The notes under the pieces are model-generated. The model was given only the letters and a program-made list of their open reading frames with translations, was not told the DNA's origin and ran no database searches. Source: Laetmonice hystrix (Eukaryota). From it: a stretch of DNA of 64,000 nucleotides. Position numbers and translations under genes: made by a program. Positions 48,393 through 61,062 of the stretch are shown here, piece by piece (position 1 is the first letter of the stretch; every line of letters begins with the position of its first letter). The DNA lies in the NCBI GenBank assembly GCA_965235115.1, contig OZ249436.1:22508001-22572000 (forward strand), written 5' to 3'.

Positions 48393-49765
48393 TATATAGG
48401 GACGCCACAGCGCGTACCGGGCAAAAGTTATGATAAGCTGGGGTGTTGAAGCCCAGGTATATAGGTATGCATAATTAGCCATGCCACTTATCAAACATGG
48501 GGCAGGCGTCAACTCCCCAGCAAACCCCTCCCACTTTTGTCAACACTTGTTTAACGAGCGCCCAGGCTTAAAGTTCTTTTTGACAATATAATATAAACTG
48601 TTTGATGTAAAAAAAATAACATGGGTTGTATAATTGTGCCTTCTTCAATTCTATTCTATGAATGAGCTCAAGAAAAACATTCCTTTAAGATAATTGCACT
48701 CCCACTTCTTTCTAGCCATGGATATCCCAGGTGGGCTAGAATGTGTTGCTATCAGCTTACCCATCTGAGCTATATTGACGAATAAGCTCCTAGTCAAGAT
48801 ACTAGTTGGAAGAATATCTTAGATCAAATCATGCACCGGGTACCGTGAATAAGTCCTTAACTTTACGGTGATATTGTATAGGTGAGGAGGTCCTCATTTG
48901 TGCCATCATAGCCATAGGTTAGACCTGTTCCATTCAGTATTGTATGGGCTATTGTACATGTAGGCCTAGGAGCAAGACTAATAAATTGTACTTTGTTTTC
49001 CATGTTATTCAAGTGTGGCAGTATATAAAGTATGCCTAAATAAAAGTGTTGACCGAGCGGAGCGATGAAAATATTTGGTCTTCTTTTAATATTTTTTAGC
49101 AGTTTCGGGCACATTTTTAAAAAGTTAATCTGCTGGCTGTCAACAATCTATTTTTCTCACACACATTGCTAAACAAACTATTTTCTCACACACATTTGGG
49201 AGCAAACTATTTTTTGGGGTCAACATGGCAAACAAACTTAAACCCCCCCCCCCCCCCCAGCTATTAGGCCTAAATGGTCTGCCCCTAAATAGAATCTAGA
49301 TTTCTACTCGTATTTTACTGCAGATCTACTTGTTTTTTACTGCTTATTTTTTGCAGATCATAATAACAAAATGTATGAGTTTTCTCCCCTCCATCCAAAT
49401 TAGCGGTCTATGGGACACACCTAGATTCCAGACATGAGGTGGAAAAGTTGATAGCCCGGCCTGTATCTCATCCCGATAAAATCGGGAGGGTTAATGGGGT
49501 TTAAATACCATGTGAATATTACCAGGCATCTTTTTTATTTATTTATTATTATTTTATTTATTTTCATTTTTTTGGTTTTTCTTTGGTCTTTAAAACTACC
49601 CACCACTAACTCCTTCTGGAGGTCGTAGATGTTGTGTTCATCCTCATTTCTTCTTAGAATCCATGGTCGGACCCACCACCTGTGGCTCCTCCTCCTTGTT
49701 CTGCGAATACAGGGGGGTCACACCGACGGACTTGGCAATGGCTTCCATCGTGCCTGGGCGAAACG

Positions 49766-50361
49766 CATTCGGGATTCCCTCGGGCATATGACGTCACTTT
49801 CAGCTATTCGAATATACCCTCGGGTGGATTAGCGGCCATGTTTGGCAACCGGATACATGGCCAAATGGAGGTGTGTAGCGAGGTACTGAGTGAACCGTCA
49901 TATCCCATCGAGCCAGAAAGTAGTACATTATTGACACCTGCTCCTTCGGCGTTGTATGTGCAAATATAAATTTCTGGTATGAAGGGAAACGTTTGCTAAA
50001 GAAAAATGAATCGCCTAATTTATCTTAATGGGCGTCAATACGGTAATTTATCAAATTATGGGAAGCAATATGGACCCATGAACGAACGCGCCTATGAACG
50101 ACAACTGGACGACATATGGTAGGACTACTTGTAATTTAAGTTGTATCGTGAACATGATACTATCGTAATATTGCCCACTGACTTCGCGGAAAGCACTATA
50201 GGCCTATTTTAGTTGCTTCCATGCCTGATGCAGACAAAATACTGCAAGCACTGCCATGCTGTCGAGAGTCCCGGCTAAATGTACTCGCGATGCAATGCTC
50301 AAAATGGCGCCTATTTCACCCGAGGCTACTTTCGAAGATATGGCTGAGGGAATCCCGAATG
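49766..50361 (+). mobile_element. Mutator/MULE-like MITE, copy 2
   Basis: TIR CATTCGGGATTCCCTC / GAGGGAATCCCGAATG, TSD GGCGAAACG/GGAGAAACG (8 of 9 match). Confidence 0.85.
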
Positions 50362-50976
50362 GGAGAAACGCTGTCGACACTGCCCCGCCCCCTGACGTCA
50401 TCTTCTCGCGAGACTACATCGAGATCATCTTCGGGACCACTCTCCGGACAGAGATCGTTCACTTCATTCAATCTCTGACACAGGCTGGGCACTGTCGTTT
50501 GAGTGACCCCTGACCTGACCTAGAAATCGCCGACCGGGACAACCGAACATTGCCGAGCTCGAATCGTGGCTGCTTGATTTTGCTGAGGCACTCTTGTCGT
50601 TTATTTTTACGACGCAGACTGTCAGAATATGATGCCACACAAACATCTAAATCTTCGGAGAAATAAAAAAATGCAGCCGCTATGTTGAACGGAAGTACCT
50701 AGTCGGAAACACCCGAAGTATTTCGAATCATCCCGAAATTGGCCAACCGACTTGCGACTACAGCTGATTTCCCTCCGCAAATGTAGTTCCTAATATTTCA
50801 TCAGATATTTCTCTTTTACGGTAAATGTCACTTGTTATAATCTCGGTTTGGGGATTTAGAGGTACGTTAAATTTTATAGATCCCATAAAGGGCGACCAAC
50901 TTTGCAAAAACAGGGTTAAGCGCGTAAGGGCCCGATTTTGCCCGTAAAAAGTCAGGTGTGGCAGAGGGGTAGTGGA

Positions 50977-51557
50977 CATTCGGGACTCCCTCGGGCATAT
51001 GACGTCACTTCCTGCTATTCGAATATACCCTCGGGTAGATTAGCGGCCATGTTTGGCAACCGGATACATGGCCAAATGGAGGTGTGTAGCGAGGCACTGA
51101 GTGAACCGTCATATCCCATCGAGCCAGGAAGTAGTACATTATTGACACACTCCTTCGGCGTTGTATGTGCAAATATAAATTTCTGGTATGAAGGGGGACG
51201 TTTGAAGAAGAACAATGAATCGCCTAATTTACCTAAATGGGCGTCAATACGGTAATTTATCAAATTATGGGAAGCAATATGGCCGCCCCCATGAACGACA
51301 CATGCACGACATATGGTAGGACTACTTGTAATTCAAGTTGTATCATGAACATGATACTATCGTAATATTGCCCACTGACTTCGCGGAAAGCACTGAAGGC
51401 CTATTTTAGTTGCTTTCATGCCTGATGCAGACGAAATACTGCAAGCACTGCTATGCTGTCGAGAGTCCCGGCTAAATGTACCCGCGATGCAATGCTCAAA
51501 ATGGCACCTATTTCACCCGAGGCTACTTTCGAAGATATGGCCGAGGATTCCCGAATG
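50977..51557 (+). mobile_element. Mutator/MULE-like MITE, copy 3
   Basis: Same TIR and body as copy 2. Flanks GGGTAGTGGA / GGGTAGTGAA. Confidence 0.85.
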
Positions 51558-51869
51558 GGGTAGTGAAGCGAGCCCCTCTGCATTATGGGAGATTGCTTCA
51601 GGACTACCTTCGGGCCGATCTTCGGGAGCATATTCGTGAGCAACGCTTTCGCAGTGGGTCATCCCTGGAATAGACCGTTTCCAAGTAACTCCCAAGACGC
51701 CCGTTGGTGGCGCTGTTGTTGCTAGGTCTGTGATGCTCACTCTAGCAACGCGTTCTCACTGAGGGTGTCAGTTAGACTTATTGTCCAGATTAGGTACAGA
51801 TTTTTGGGGGTTTTGTGTATTGTGTGATACAATCTTAAGACAAATGGATAAGTTCGATAAATAGACTAT

Positions 51870-52250
51870 CCCTAGGTTGAAAAAGTACCTACAGGAGCGT
51901 GGAGTTGCCGTCACAGGGCACAAGAACTTGAAGAAGGGAACTTGTGTTTCTCTTTGCAATCACAGAACGTGGATGTCACCGGGGATCCAGACTTCAGTAC
52001 ATTTGTACTTGGAATGTGTCTGATATGATATCCAAAAGGTTGAGTTCACTGGGGATCAAGGTGATTTGTTAACTCTACAAGGATTCAAGGATTCACGGAT
52101 GACCTCAGCAGTGCGCCACTATTCACAGTTCGTGATATTTATAACTATCTGATCTGCAGTCTGGCTGATCACTATGATGGAGAGAACTTGAATGCCTATC
52201 AAAAGAGCTTCGGTGATCGCTGTCTGACAGTTGATGGCACGTTTGCGGAC
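51870..52250 (+). pseudogene. Decayed ISL2EU/Kolobok-type accessory gene (SAP-like motif plus the motif usually preceding SWIM/YqaJ)
   Basis: LKKYLQERGVAVTGHK (SAP-like) and GFTDDLSSAPLFTVRDIYNYLI..YDGENLNAYQKS. Possible terminus ATAGACCGTTTCC at ~51670. Confidence 0.5.
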
Positions 52251-53989
52251 TAGAGTAATGGTACTCATTCCTGGTATTTAAAGAAAATTACAGATGAATC
52301 AGAGAAACTGTATAGCTGCATTCTGATATCCCAGTCATGCTTGATGTCTAGAGGGGAGACAGATCAACCCAGAGAGGCATTGAAAGCAGACCTTTAAAGT
52401 TATAACAACACTTCGTTCTGTTGAGACAGGGTGTGGCGTCTATATAGTTGTTGTTAAAAGAACGTTACTGTTTGGTTATTAATAAAATGAGCCCCCTAAG
52501 CCAAACAATGAGGGGAGGTGTGAACCATACAAAGAGGAGGGTCGGGTGCATGACTTGTTAAGTGTGGCGCACACAATGACACATTGAGATGTGTCACAAG
52601 ATTGACTCAACACAGCAGTATGGAACAGTCCTAGAACAGAGAAAAATCCTTTTTCGGAGGGTATTCTGTTCTTTATTTATATTCTCGCCGTGTAGTCTGG
52701 GAGCCAGTTCTCAAAAGGGCCTTAAAAATGAATTTCGTTGCATCCCCCCTACAACATTTGTTTGATGGTATCATTCGAAAGGGGAAACGTTCAGCTTTCA
52801 TATTGGCTTGGGTGTCGCTTTCAATCGTCACCTATAAGGACGTTACCATGGAAACAAGTCATTAATGTCACTATTTATGGGGGTCTCAAGAAAAATGACA
52901 TTTTTGCTTGCTAGAAAACTACCCCTTTTCCGATTTGGGCATGCCATACCTTAAATGAAAGATCCCAGAGAGGACATTCCAGAAATGAGGTAATTACATT
53001 TGTCCTCTATACATGGTTGCCATGGTAACCAATAAACCGTCTCATTTTGACCATTTTTGGTGAATTGGTTACATTTCAGTTTCCATAGTAACCAGAATAA
53101 TGTATAGCCCTCCCATTTTTACATGCAGCTTGACCAGTACACATGTCTTGTACCTAAAGCACATTAGAAATGGCAATTATTTTATTTTGTTTCCATGGTA
53201 ACCACGACAAACCTTAGCTAGCTCAATCAGAAAGAAATTCCCAGAGAATCAATATATTTAATCATACATCACTGAAATATGATTTGATCTGACCGTATGA
53301 CACATCAAATGAAAGATCTCACGAAGGACATTTCAGAATGTAACTAATTCCATATCTACGCATTATATGGTTACCATGGTAACCGATAAACCGTCTCATT
53401 TTGACAATTTTTGTTGATTTGGTCATATTTTAGTTTCCATTGTAACGGTATACTATTAGATTTCACCCTTTTTCCATGTAATGTGACAGACATATGTCTG
53501 GTATATGAAGAAATGAAGATTATTGTATTTGGTTTCCATGGTAACCCTGCAGCATGCCAAACGCTTATGAAATGCAGAAATTCCCAGAGAACCAATATAA
53601 TAATCACACAGATTGAACTGAAATAATGCTTTAATCTGGCCGCATGATACCTCAAATGAAAGAACTCACAGAGGACATTCCAAAAACAAACCAATTACAT
53701 GTGTGCTCATTATATGGTTACCATGGTAACCAATAAACCACCTAAATCACATAGATTATTTTATTTGGTTTCCGTGGCAACCACAACAAACCTAGCTAGC
53801 TCATTCAGTAAGGCTATTCCCAGGGGATCACTCTACTTAATGACACAGAACTGAAAATATATGCTTTAATCAGGCCGGGCGATACATCAAATGAAAGATC
53901 GCAGAGAATATAGTGTCAAATATATACAAAATGAATGATATAAGACTCCTTAAACATGTAAACGTGACCAAGGTAACCAATAAGGTAAT

Positions 53990-54386
53990 AGGGAGCCGAA
54001 GTAGGTCACGAGATGTTGCGTTACAACGCGATAAAAGTCGATTTTGTTGACACGTCATTATCGCTCACGCTTGTTTAGCATTGCGCCGGCCATAGGGAAC
54101 GGCAACTGCCAACTTCAACTCGTGATTTCTCTGTAATTATGCTGCCCTTTGTAATGAAACCTTCCCAGATATTTGTATCAACCTGTTTTATGCTTGAATA
54201 AGTAACTGTTATACATAACAACACAAAAATCTTCAAGACTAGGCCGATCTTTGGAACAATGTCTCTTCATCCTATGTTAAACCAATGGGGAAATTTGTGA
54301 CGCAACAATTGTGTGTCAACATTGACGCTCCATTTGTACCTCCTATCCAGAAAATCCGTAACTGTGTCACGAGACTTCGGCTCCCT
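53990..54386. mobile_element. ISL2EU-like MITE
   Basis: TIR AGGGAGCCGAAGT / ACTTCGGCTCCCT with AT flanks. Confidence 0.65.
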
Positions 54387-54881
54387 ATAGCTTTATTATG
54401 TTTGATGAACTGGCGTCATTTCAGTTTCCGTAGATACACACATGCGTAATGGGTTTCAATATGTATCGCAATTTTTAGCTACACAATAGTAGGAATGCAT
54501 CGAACATGTTGTAGTTTGGGCACAATGGGGAACCTGTAATATAGTATCAATTAGCAAAGTGCATAAAATTTGTCTTAATCTAAAGTTTCAGGAGCAGTCG
54601 ATCAACAGCAATATTAGGCCTACTATGCTATACAATACTTCGTGCCTTATGTCAATATCGTTCCTTCAGAGCATGAGAGAGACAATGAGTCATTCTTCTA
54701 TACCCGCAGTCTAAGGCAGTTCCTTTAAACCGATATTCTTCGTCGTTGTCAGAAATGATGTACACGTAACGACAGTGTAATTTACTATTCACGTTAACTA
54801 TTTAAATACTAATTATCACTTAGACGGCTGTCTCTAATATATAAATCGTATAGAAATATTTGCACCATGTTCCTTTGTATT

Positions 54882-57800
54882 TCACTCCTCATCTGAAGAA
54901 TCAGAGTCACTTACGGGGATTACATCTTTCCGGTGAGGATTTTGACACATTTCGCCACCTTCACACATACATGCTGCAGTACAGATTAGACCCTCAGAAG
55001 AGCAGCTACAGCGACCTCTGCAGTTGGATGCCCGACAATTGCAAGTGATAACTTCCATCAGTGCCCGTGGTGCCGGATCAAGTGTCATGAGCGTAGGATG
55101 CATGTTCCCATCACATATGTCCCAGCCATTTCCTATTGGCGATGGAATTGCTGCTTGTGCATCTAGAGCATTTCTCCAGATGAGAGTCTGGTAGTTTGCT
55201 CTCCGGATGTGCCATTTAAGGCTGTCCGCTGTTGGGGGTAGGTCTTCATTCTTTGCTTGTTTCCTACAAAATAGCTTGTACCTCAAAGCATCCACATCTT
55301 CACTGCCGTACTTCTGGTCATACATTTGACAAACCAGTTTGCTGCCCGCACATTCTGCCGCCTTGGTCACTGTGGTTGATGATCCAAGATCTCGAAGAGG
55401 TAGTGCTTGTTGAATGTTTATCTTAGCCCATTTGAAAGGTTTGACTTTGCCAACGGAAAAAAACCCACTTGTGGAGTCACAGCCAGTCAGAGCATGAAGT
55501 CCTGGCAAGAGTTCACACATTTCGTCACCAATTTGACATGCTATTTCATGGACAGGGATGAACCTAGCCTTGTCTTTTACGCCGGTTTTGAACCAGAGTT
55601 TCACGTTCAGTTGTCTGACAAAGTGTATGCAGAGAACTGCCACGTCTGTGTCTGGTGACCACACGACGATATTACTTGAGATACGAGCTGCATCTGCTGA
55701 ATGTAGTAACATTCGTGTGTCCGCCTCTTCCTGTTGACTGCGCAGGTGGCTAAGGGTACTGACTCCCCACTTTGTCACAGCCTTCGTCTCGGTGGCATCA
55801 GTGAATCCTCCAGCAAGTACTAGCACCTGCCCTGTCTCCAAAACCTCTGGGGCTGCCACGCACCAACTCTCGCAGAGGAATGTTGCGAGGACAGACTTGT
55901 TCCTGGAGCTGCACATAAACCTCTTCCAGTCCTTTGGAAGAGGGGTATCTTTGCTGTGAATGCACATCTCAATGCTATCAGACGTTTGACGTCTGGCTCG
56001 CTCAAAACTCTTGATTGAGTTCTTTGTGTTGTATGCATCAAAGACAACATCTGTACGAATACTAGATGGCGACTTGAATGCCTTCATGATGAGTTGAAAT
56101 ATTGTTTCACTTAGTTGTCCAAAAGTGACTGCCCCACGAGCTCCTACCATCTGAAGTACAGCCATGCCGTCAATGATCCAAGTAGTTGTTCCTGTATCAG
56201 GCAAGCATGCATGTGTTGTTACGTCCTTTTCAATCTCTCCTAAGAGTGTGCCTTTGGTCGCCTTCCTGAGTGTCCCGTCGGCATGGGCCAAAGAGTATGG
56301 CACTGATGACAGCTCATGCACAAATACTTCTTTGAGATCGACCTCTCGTGTTTTCGCAACAACGACTATTCTGCTGAACAGTTCTCTGTCCTCATTAACT
56401 GAGGCTAACTTTGCCGCTGCTGAATTGTCTTTTCTCTTCTTCTTCTCACTTACAGTGGAAAACATCGGGATCTTCAACTTGCGCAGTGGATCAAAGAAAG
56501 GAATTCTTGCCGTAACCAATCTGTCCTTTACGAAGGAGTGCATTGCCTTTTCTCCAGCCGTGAATGCTGATGTCAAGTCTCTTGCCATTTCTTGTGGAGC
56601 AATGACACCTGTGGCGATGTTGCAGAGGCACTGTCCTGGCTGGTCCAAGGCAAAGGGATTGACCATGTTGTTCCTGATTGTGTCAACGATTTGTTGGACA
56701 TCATGCTCATCTCTCAATTTCCGATTTGAACCTGACTCTTTGTGTCTGTGATTTGCAACACCAGTCTTCTCTTCAAGGAGGCCCGCCATCGTTCTAGTTG
56801 CTGAAGTAACAGCAGCTCTCTCATGAGCTGTGAGAAACCACCTGTGAAGTGCTCCTGGACGCAGGCTGATTCCTACGATACCTCCCTTCGTCTTGCTGTC
56901 CCTGTTGGCACTTTGTTCTAATGCCATATCACTCCAAACTTGGTTAAACCTGTGGCTAGATCGCTTCACTGGATGATTGCCTTGACTGAACTGCTCATAT
57001 ACATCAGGTGCAGTAACGGGCAGCCTTCTCATGTCAGCCAAGTAAACACAAGCCCAACGCGCGTAGTTTATCCTGTCTGTTGCAAAGAAATACGGTATCA
57101 TCGCTGCAACAGAATCCAGGTGAAGCTCCCAGTCTCCCTCTCTCTCAGATCGTATGAAATCAAGTAGACAACTGATCATATCAATATAGTTGTTCCAGAA
57201 TTTGAAGGTGAATGACGACTCTCCTTCACTGCAAAACTGTTCTTCAATATCCTGGATGGATGGCATTTGTTCCACTATTTGTTGTACAACAGTATTGAGC
57301 TCCTCTGATGGCTCTTGCTCCAGCAGATTACAGCACCTCTCAATGAGGTGTATGAGTTGAGTACTACCACCAGATACTTCTGCCCGTGCCTCATCAGCTT
57401 CCTTCCACTCTTCCATTGCCTTCCACCTTAGGCGCGTCAGTGCCTCCATCATGAGTTTGTGAGCTCTGACTCCTCTGTTGTAAGATTTGCCTTTCATCAG
57501 CTGAGCAACTGTCGCACCACCATATGTTCCTGATTCAATCAAGATATCTGATAGACCGCTTCCATCATATAACTTTCCAGTTGTCGCTAAGAAGGTGAGC
57601 GCCATATGAAAACCGCCTAATCTGATGACAAGGTCTGAGAAAACATCTGGACAGCGCCACTGGATTTCCTTGGCCTTACAGTATATTGCCTCATCAAATG
57701 TGACCACTGCTGTCTTTTGTCCAAGTGATCTAGTCATCTTTTGCACTGTTGTCATGACCGTGAAGACTGTTGAATATTGAGTTGGCGGCTCTGGAAGCAT

Positions 57801-59747
57801 TGGACAATATCCGATGTTAGTGATTGCAGGGTCTTTGCAACTTAGTAACGCATTGAAAGCAGTCCACGCAGGTACTGACTGGTTTGCTTTTGGTTCCAGA
57901 GAGACTTCAAACAACTTCTGTGGGCAGAGGCGACAAATCATCCAGGCTGCATCAAGATTCCTTGCCTCTGCATTTCTTGTGGCTTTTGCGTACCACTCCA
58001 TGGAAACCTTCCCTAATAGATCTGTTGGGCGCGGGCGTTTGCCAAATGCATTGAAGTCCAACAACACTTGTCCTTGGCAGGGAGTTGATAGTGTTCTTGC
58101 CCTTGAGCGAGAGGTACTAATTGCCGTTGCAAATTGACCTTTGTCACATGTCCTTCGTTGATAAAGTACTAGTGTTGTTGCATGTGTTGTATGTTTTCCA
58201 TCAAGTGTTTCCTCTATGAGATCATCATTATCGGCTGCTGCCTGAACGAAGGATCCTGGTACAATGTTTGAAGGTATCACCACACCATCATTTTCATCTG
58301 CTTTCTTTAGCTGGTCGTTTGCCATGGCAGTATCAATCCTTTCAAGTTCATCATAACTGCAACAATGACCAAATCTGTTGAGGAGAGTCACTAACTGTTT
58401 GCTGCCGGTCATGTTGCGTACTGCTATGGCTATCCCGATATGTTTTGGTGTCTTTAGGGCACCTCTTGTAGATGTATGGACAATGTCTTGTCCTATGGAC
58501 AACATCTGTCGGTTTAGCTGGTCTGTGCTGGTCTTTTCCCTGGATCCGTCTACACATGCAGACACACTACTAAGACCCCTATCTGATTCCAGCAGCCATC
58601 TAAGGAAACTGACCAAGCTGTCTGGCACGATTTCGAAGGCACAATCATTAGAGATGTCATCACACTGAATAGGACTATTCCCTATTCCTGTACATGCCTT
58701 GAGGTCTGCTCTGAGTATTTGTGATGCATGGTACAACACTTGTTGAGGGTCATCTGTACTCTCAGAATGATGTGGTTGGAGGATCTCAGTCTCAACATGC
58801 ATGTCCTCAAGATCCTCATGTAGCTTCCTAGCTGCCTGGAGAGCATCACGGAGTGTTATGGAGCTACTAAACACAAGTTCAGACTTATTAGGGTCTGCTG
58901 AAGCTTGAAATACAATGTCTTCTCCATAGTGTCTCTTCAACCGGTTTTTCAACTTTTCACCTCTGTAGTTTTCATCATTTGCGACTTTCTGTGATAGAAG
59001 TTCTCTGTACCGACCAATCAGGCTTGTCATTGTGAAGGCCTGTTTCTTATTCATCAGCGGCTTGTCTATGTCATTGAGTAGCTCAATGAATGCCTCTCTA
59101 TGATGATCTTCGTCATCCTGAAAATCTTGCGGTTGCTTTGGTAAATTTGTTTTGGATGTGTAGTTCATGTAGCAGAGACGATGGTACTTGGCCTCTACGG
59201 CGATCAGGTCCTCTCCTCTTATTCTTAATAAAACGTTGCTGTCTTTCTTGGCTTCTGCAGCATGTAGTAGAGACTCTGAAGCGGATGTAGTGAGAATCTG
59301 TGACAGTGAAATATCCCCCTTTTTATATGTTTTCTGGCAAAGTACACATTTACTCCAATCACATGATGTCTGGGATGATTTCCTTGTCTTGATTGGGGAA
59401 GGAATAGGTTCTGGTGAACCAGAAGGGTGTGGCTTAAGAATCACATGCGGTTTGGCTAACGTTTGCCTCTTCAGATACCTCTCAACATTTGTTTTGCTTG
59501 TGTACTTCTTGTAACAGTTTAAATGCCAGTGATAAGGGACCTCTGTTGATGACAAGTGTTCCTTTACATAATCGTCTATCTCATCTTGCCTGATTTCCGC
59601 TACTTCTTTCATGCGTTCAAGTCCTTGAGTGGATGCACAATAAAGTTTCTCATTCGACGTGTCTTGGCAAAATAGGCACTTCGGAATGTCTACCAATCTT
59701 GCCCTCTTCCTTTTGGTGCATGCTAAACCCACGGATGATTCTGCCAT
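54882..59747 (-). CDS. Academ transposase (DDE core + XPG/PIN-like nuclease + Cys-rich C-terminus), ~1621 aa from MAESS, uninterrupted
   Basis: Two CxxC..HxxC motifs; AAADNDD, TFDEAIY, RLGGFH, MALEQS (DDE core); IIDGMA, VFDAY, EEADTR, DTDV, HALTGCDSTS (XPG/PIN-like); CNC..C..RCSC..C..CMC..CQN. Confidence 0.9.
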   Translation of the reverse strand: MAESSVGLACTKRKRARLVDIPKCLFCQDTSNEKLYCASTQGLERMKEVAEIRQDEIDDYVKEHLSSTEVPYHWHLNCYKKYTSKTNVERYLKRQTLAKPHVILKPHPSGSPEPIPSPIKTRKSSQTSCDWSKCVLCQKTYKKGDISLSQILTTSASESLLHAAEAKKDSNVLLRIRGEDLIAVEAKYHRLCYMNYTSKTNLPKQPQDFQDDEDHHREAFIELLNDIDKPLMNKKQAFTMTSLIGRYRELLSQKVANDENYRGEKLKNRLKRHYGEDIVFQASADPNKSELVFSSSITLRDALQAARKLHEDLEDMHVETEILQPHHSESTDDPQQVLYHASQILRADLKACTGIGNSPIQCDDISNDCAFEIVPDSLVSFLRWLLESDRGLSSVSACVDGSREKTSTDQLNRQMLSIGQDIVHTSTRGALKTPKHIGIAIAVRNMTGSKQLVTLLNRFGHCCSYDELERIDTAMANDQLKKADENDGVVIPSNIVPGSFVQAAADNDDLIEETLDGKHTTHATTLVLYQRRTCDKGQFATAISTSRSRARTLSTPCQGQVLLDFNAFGKRPRPTDLLGKVSMEWYAKATRNAEARNLDAAWMICRLCPQKLFEVSLEPKANQSVPAWTAFNALLSCKDPAITNIGYCPMLPEPPTQYSTVFTVMTTVQKMTRSLGQKTAVVTFDEAIYCKAKEIQWRCPDVFSDLVIRLGGFHMALTFLATTGKLYDGSGLSDILIESGTYGGATVAQLMKGKSYNRGVRAHKLMMEALTRLRWKAMEEWKEADEARAEVSGGSTQLIHLIERCCNLLEQEPSEELNTVVQQIVEQMPSIQDIEEQFCSEGESSFTFKFWNNYIDMISCLLDFIRSEREGDWELHLDSVAAMIPYFFATDRINYARWACVYLADMRRLPVTAPDVYEQFSQGNHPVKRSSHRFNQVWSDMALEQSANRDSKTKGGIVGISLRPGALHRWFLTAHERAAVTSATRTMAGLLEEKTGVANHRHKESGSNRKLRDEHDVQQIVDTIRNNMVNPFALDQPGQCLCNIATGVIAPQEMARDLTSAFTAGEKAMHSFVKDRLVTARIPFFDPLRKLKIPMFSTVSEKKKRKDNSAAAKLASVNEDRELFSRIVVVAKTREVDLKEVFVHELSSVPYSLAHADGTLRKATKGTLLGEIEKDVTTHACLPDTGTTTWIIDGMAVLQMVGARGAVTFGQLSETIFQLIMKAFKSPSSIRTDVVFDAYNTKNSIKSFERARRQTSDSIEMCIHSKDTPLPKDWKRFMCSSRNKSVLATFLCESWCVAAPEVLETGQVLVLAGGFTDATETKAVTKWGVSTLSHLRSQQEEADTRMLLHSADAARISSNIVVWSPDTDVAVLCIHFVRQLNVKLWFKTGVKDKARFIPVHEIACQIGDEMCELLPGLHALTGCDSTSGFFSVGKVKPFKWAKINIQQALPLRDLGSSTTVTKAAECAGSKLVCQMYDQKYGSEDVDALRYKLFCRKQAKNEDLPPTADSLKWHIRRANYQTLIWRNALDAQAAIPSPIGNGWDICDGNMHPTLMTLDPAPRALMEVITCNCRASNCRGRCSCSSEGLICTAACMCEGGEMCQNPHRKDVIPVSDSDSSDEE

Positions 59748-59934
59748 CTTCTTTATATGTCTAGTAGCCTTGTGTTTCGTGATCCATGTGATGTTGCCGA
59801 ACCTTGAAAAAGAAAAGGAACAATGCAGTGTAGTTAGGACCAAATATATGATCATCGAATAATGAATTAGAAATTGGAAGGTTCATTATTCTAGTAAGGC
59901 ATTCAGATTCTTACAGAAGCATATTCCTGCCACA

Positions 59935-60256
59935 TGAAAAAAAAAAATAACTCGTACGTACGACTTAATACTTTTCCTGCTAAATAGCAGGAACAGGACA
60001 GCGCAGGGCTGCCATATCATACAAAAAAATTAACTCGTACGTACGACTTAGTAAGTCATACGTACAACTTAGTAACTCGTACGTACGAGTTATTTTTTTC
60101 GCAGGGCTGCCATATCCAGAGGGGACCCAGAGGGGACATGCTATTTATTTATTTATTTTAATATGTACGTACGTAGTATTATGTACGTACGTAGTAAGTA
60201 TTACGTAAGTACGTACGTACGTACGTAATAGGTAGGCCTACTACGTACGTACGTAA
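59935..60256. repeat. CGTACGTACG palindromic / (TACG)n low-complexity repeats
   Basis: AACTCGTACGTACGA repeated in both orientations at 59948-60099, and a (TACG)n run at ~60165-60256. Confidence 0.7.
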
Positions 60257-60985
60257 TAGAATGGCGTAGGCCTATAGGCATATATATCGAAACCGGCCGC
60301 AGAATAAAACGGCCGCGCAGAGGGTGGGAAAGCTGCATGGGATAGGCCTATACATGCAAGGGATGAAAGTGAGATTTACATGTTCATGTGTACACGTATA
60401 ATATAAATATATGTAAATATATAATATAGGCTTATAGGCCTATTATATATCGTTCTGCCCCATCGGTCCATCTCCATGTAATTATATACATATTTATCAT
60501 TAATTTTATATCATTATTGTGTAGGGAGGGTGGGCGGGAAGGGGGAGGGAAGAGGGAAGGGGAGGAAGGATAGACTATGTATGGTTCAAGCCCCGCGTAT
60601 GGTAGAATTCCTTTTTTGTCATTTCAACAATTTATTGGGGTCCAAAATAATGGGTAGGCTATTTGTATCAGAGAATGAATTATTTTTACATTAATCAAAA
60701 TTAATTTTTATTTAAATTAGTATATCTTCAATTAGGTACCTCTTTGGCTTTCCCGGAGCTCAACCATAGGCAGTGCGCGCATGGTATTGGATTAGTCCAT
60801 ATAGTCTTTGTGATCATAATAGGGCCTAGCGTGACAAGTCTATAAAAAGAAAACAAATTATGAATATGAGTTCATAAGGTTCACCAGGTTTTAGGGTTCA
60901 TCAGTTATTCTACTAGGCCTAAGCAGTAGTAAGTCATTCAGATTCTAGATTAGCCTATAAATAACATTCCATCAGATATATATCG

Positions 60986-61062
60986 GAGACCCTTTAGCTC
61001 ATCTGGTTGACCTCTCGCTTTTGGACCTAAAGGTCTCGGGTTCAAGCCCCGCGTATGGTAGA
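60986..61062 (+). other. tRNA-like Pol III head (SINE-like remnant)
   Basis: TAGCTCATCTGG (A box) and GGTTCAAGCCC (B box). The B box plus ~80 bp downstream is duplicated at ~60583-60672. Confidence 0.45.

Noticed and set aside
55232..59862. Plus-strand and alternate-frame ORFs overlapping the Academ ORF (likewise those overlapping the LINE and Harbinger ORFs)
   Set aside because: These are shadow ORFs of long coding frames with no recognisable motifs.
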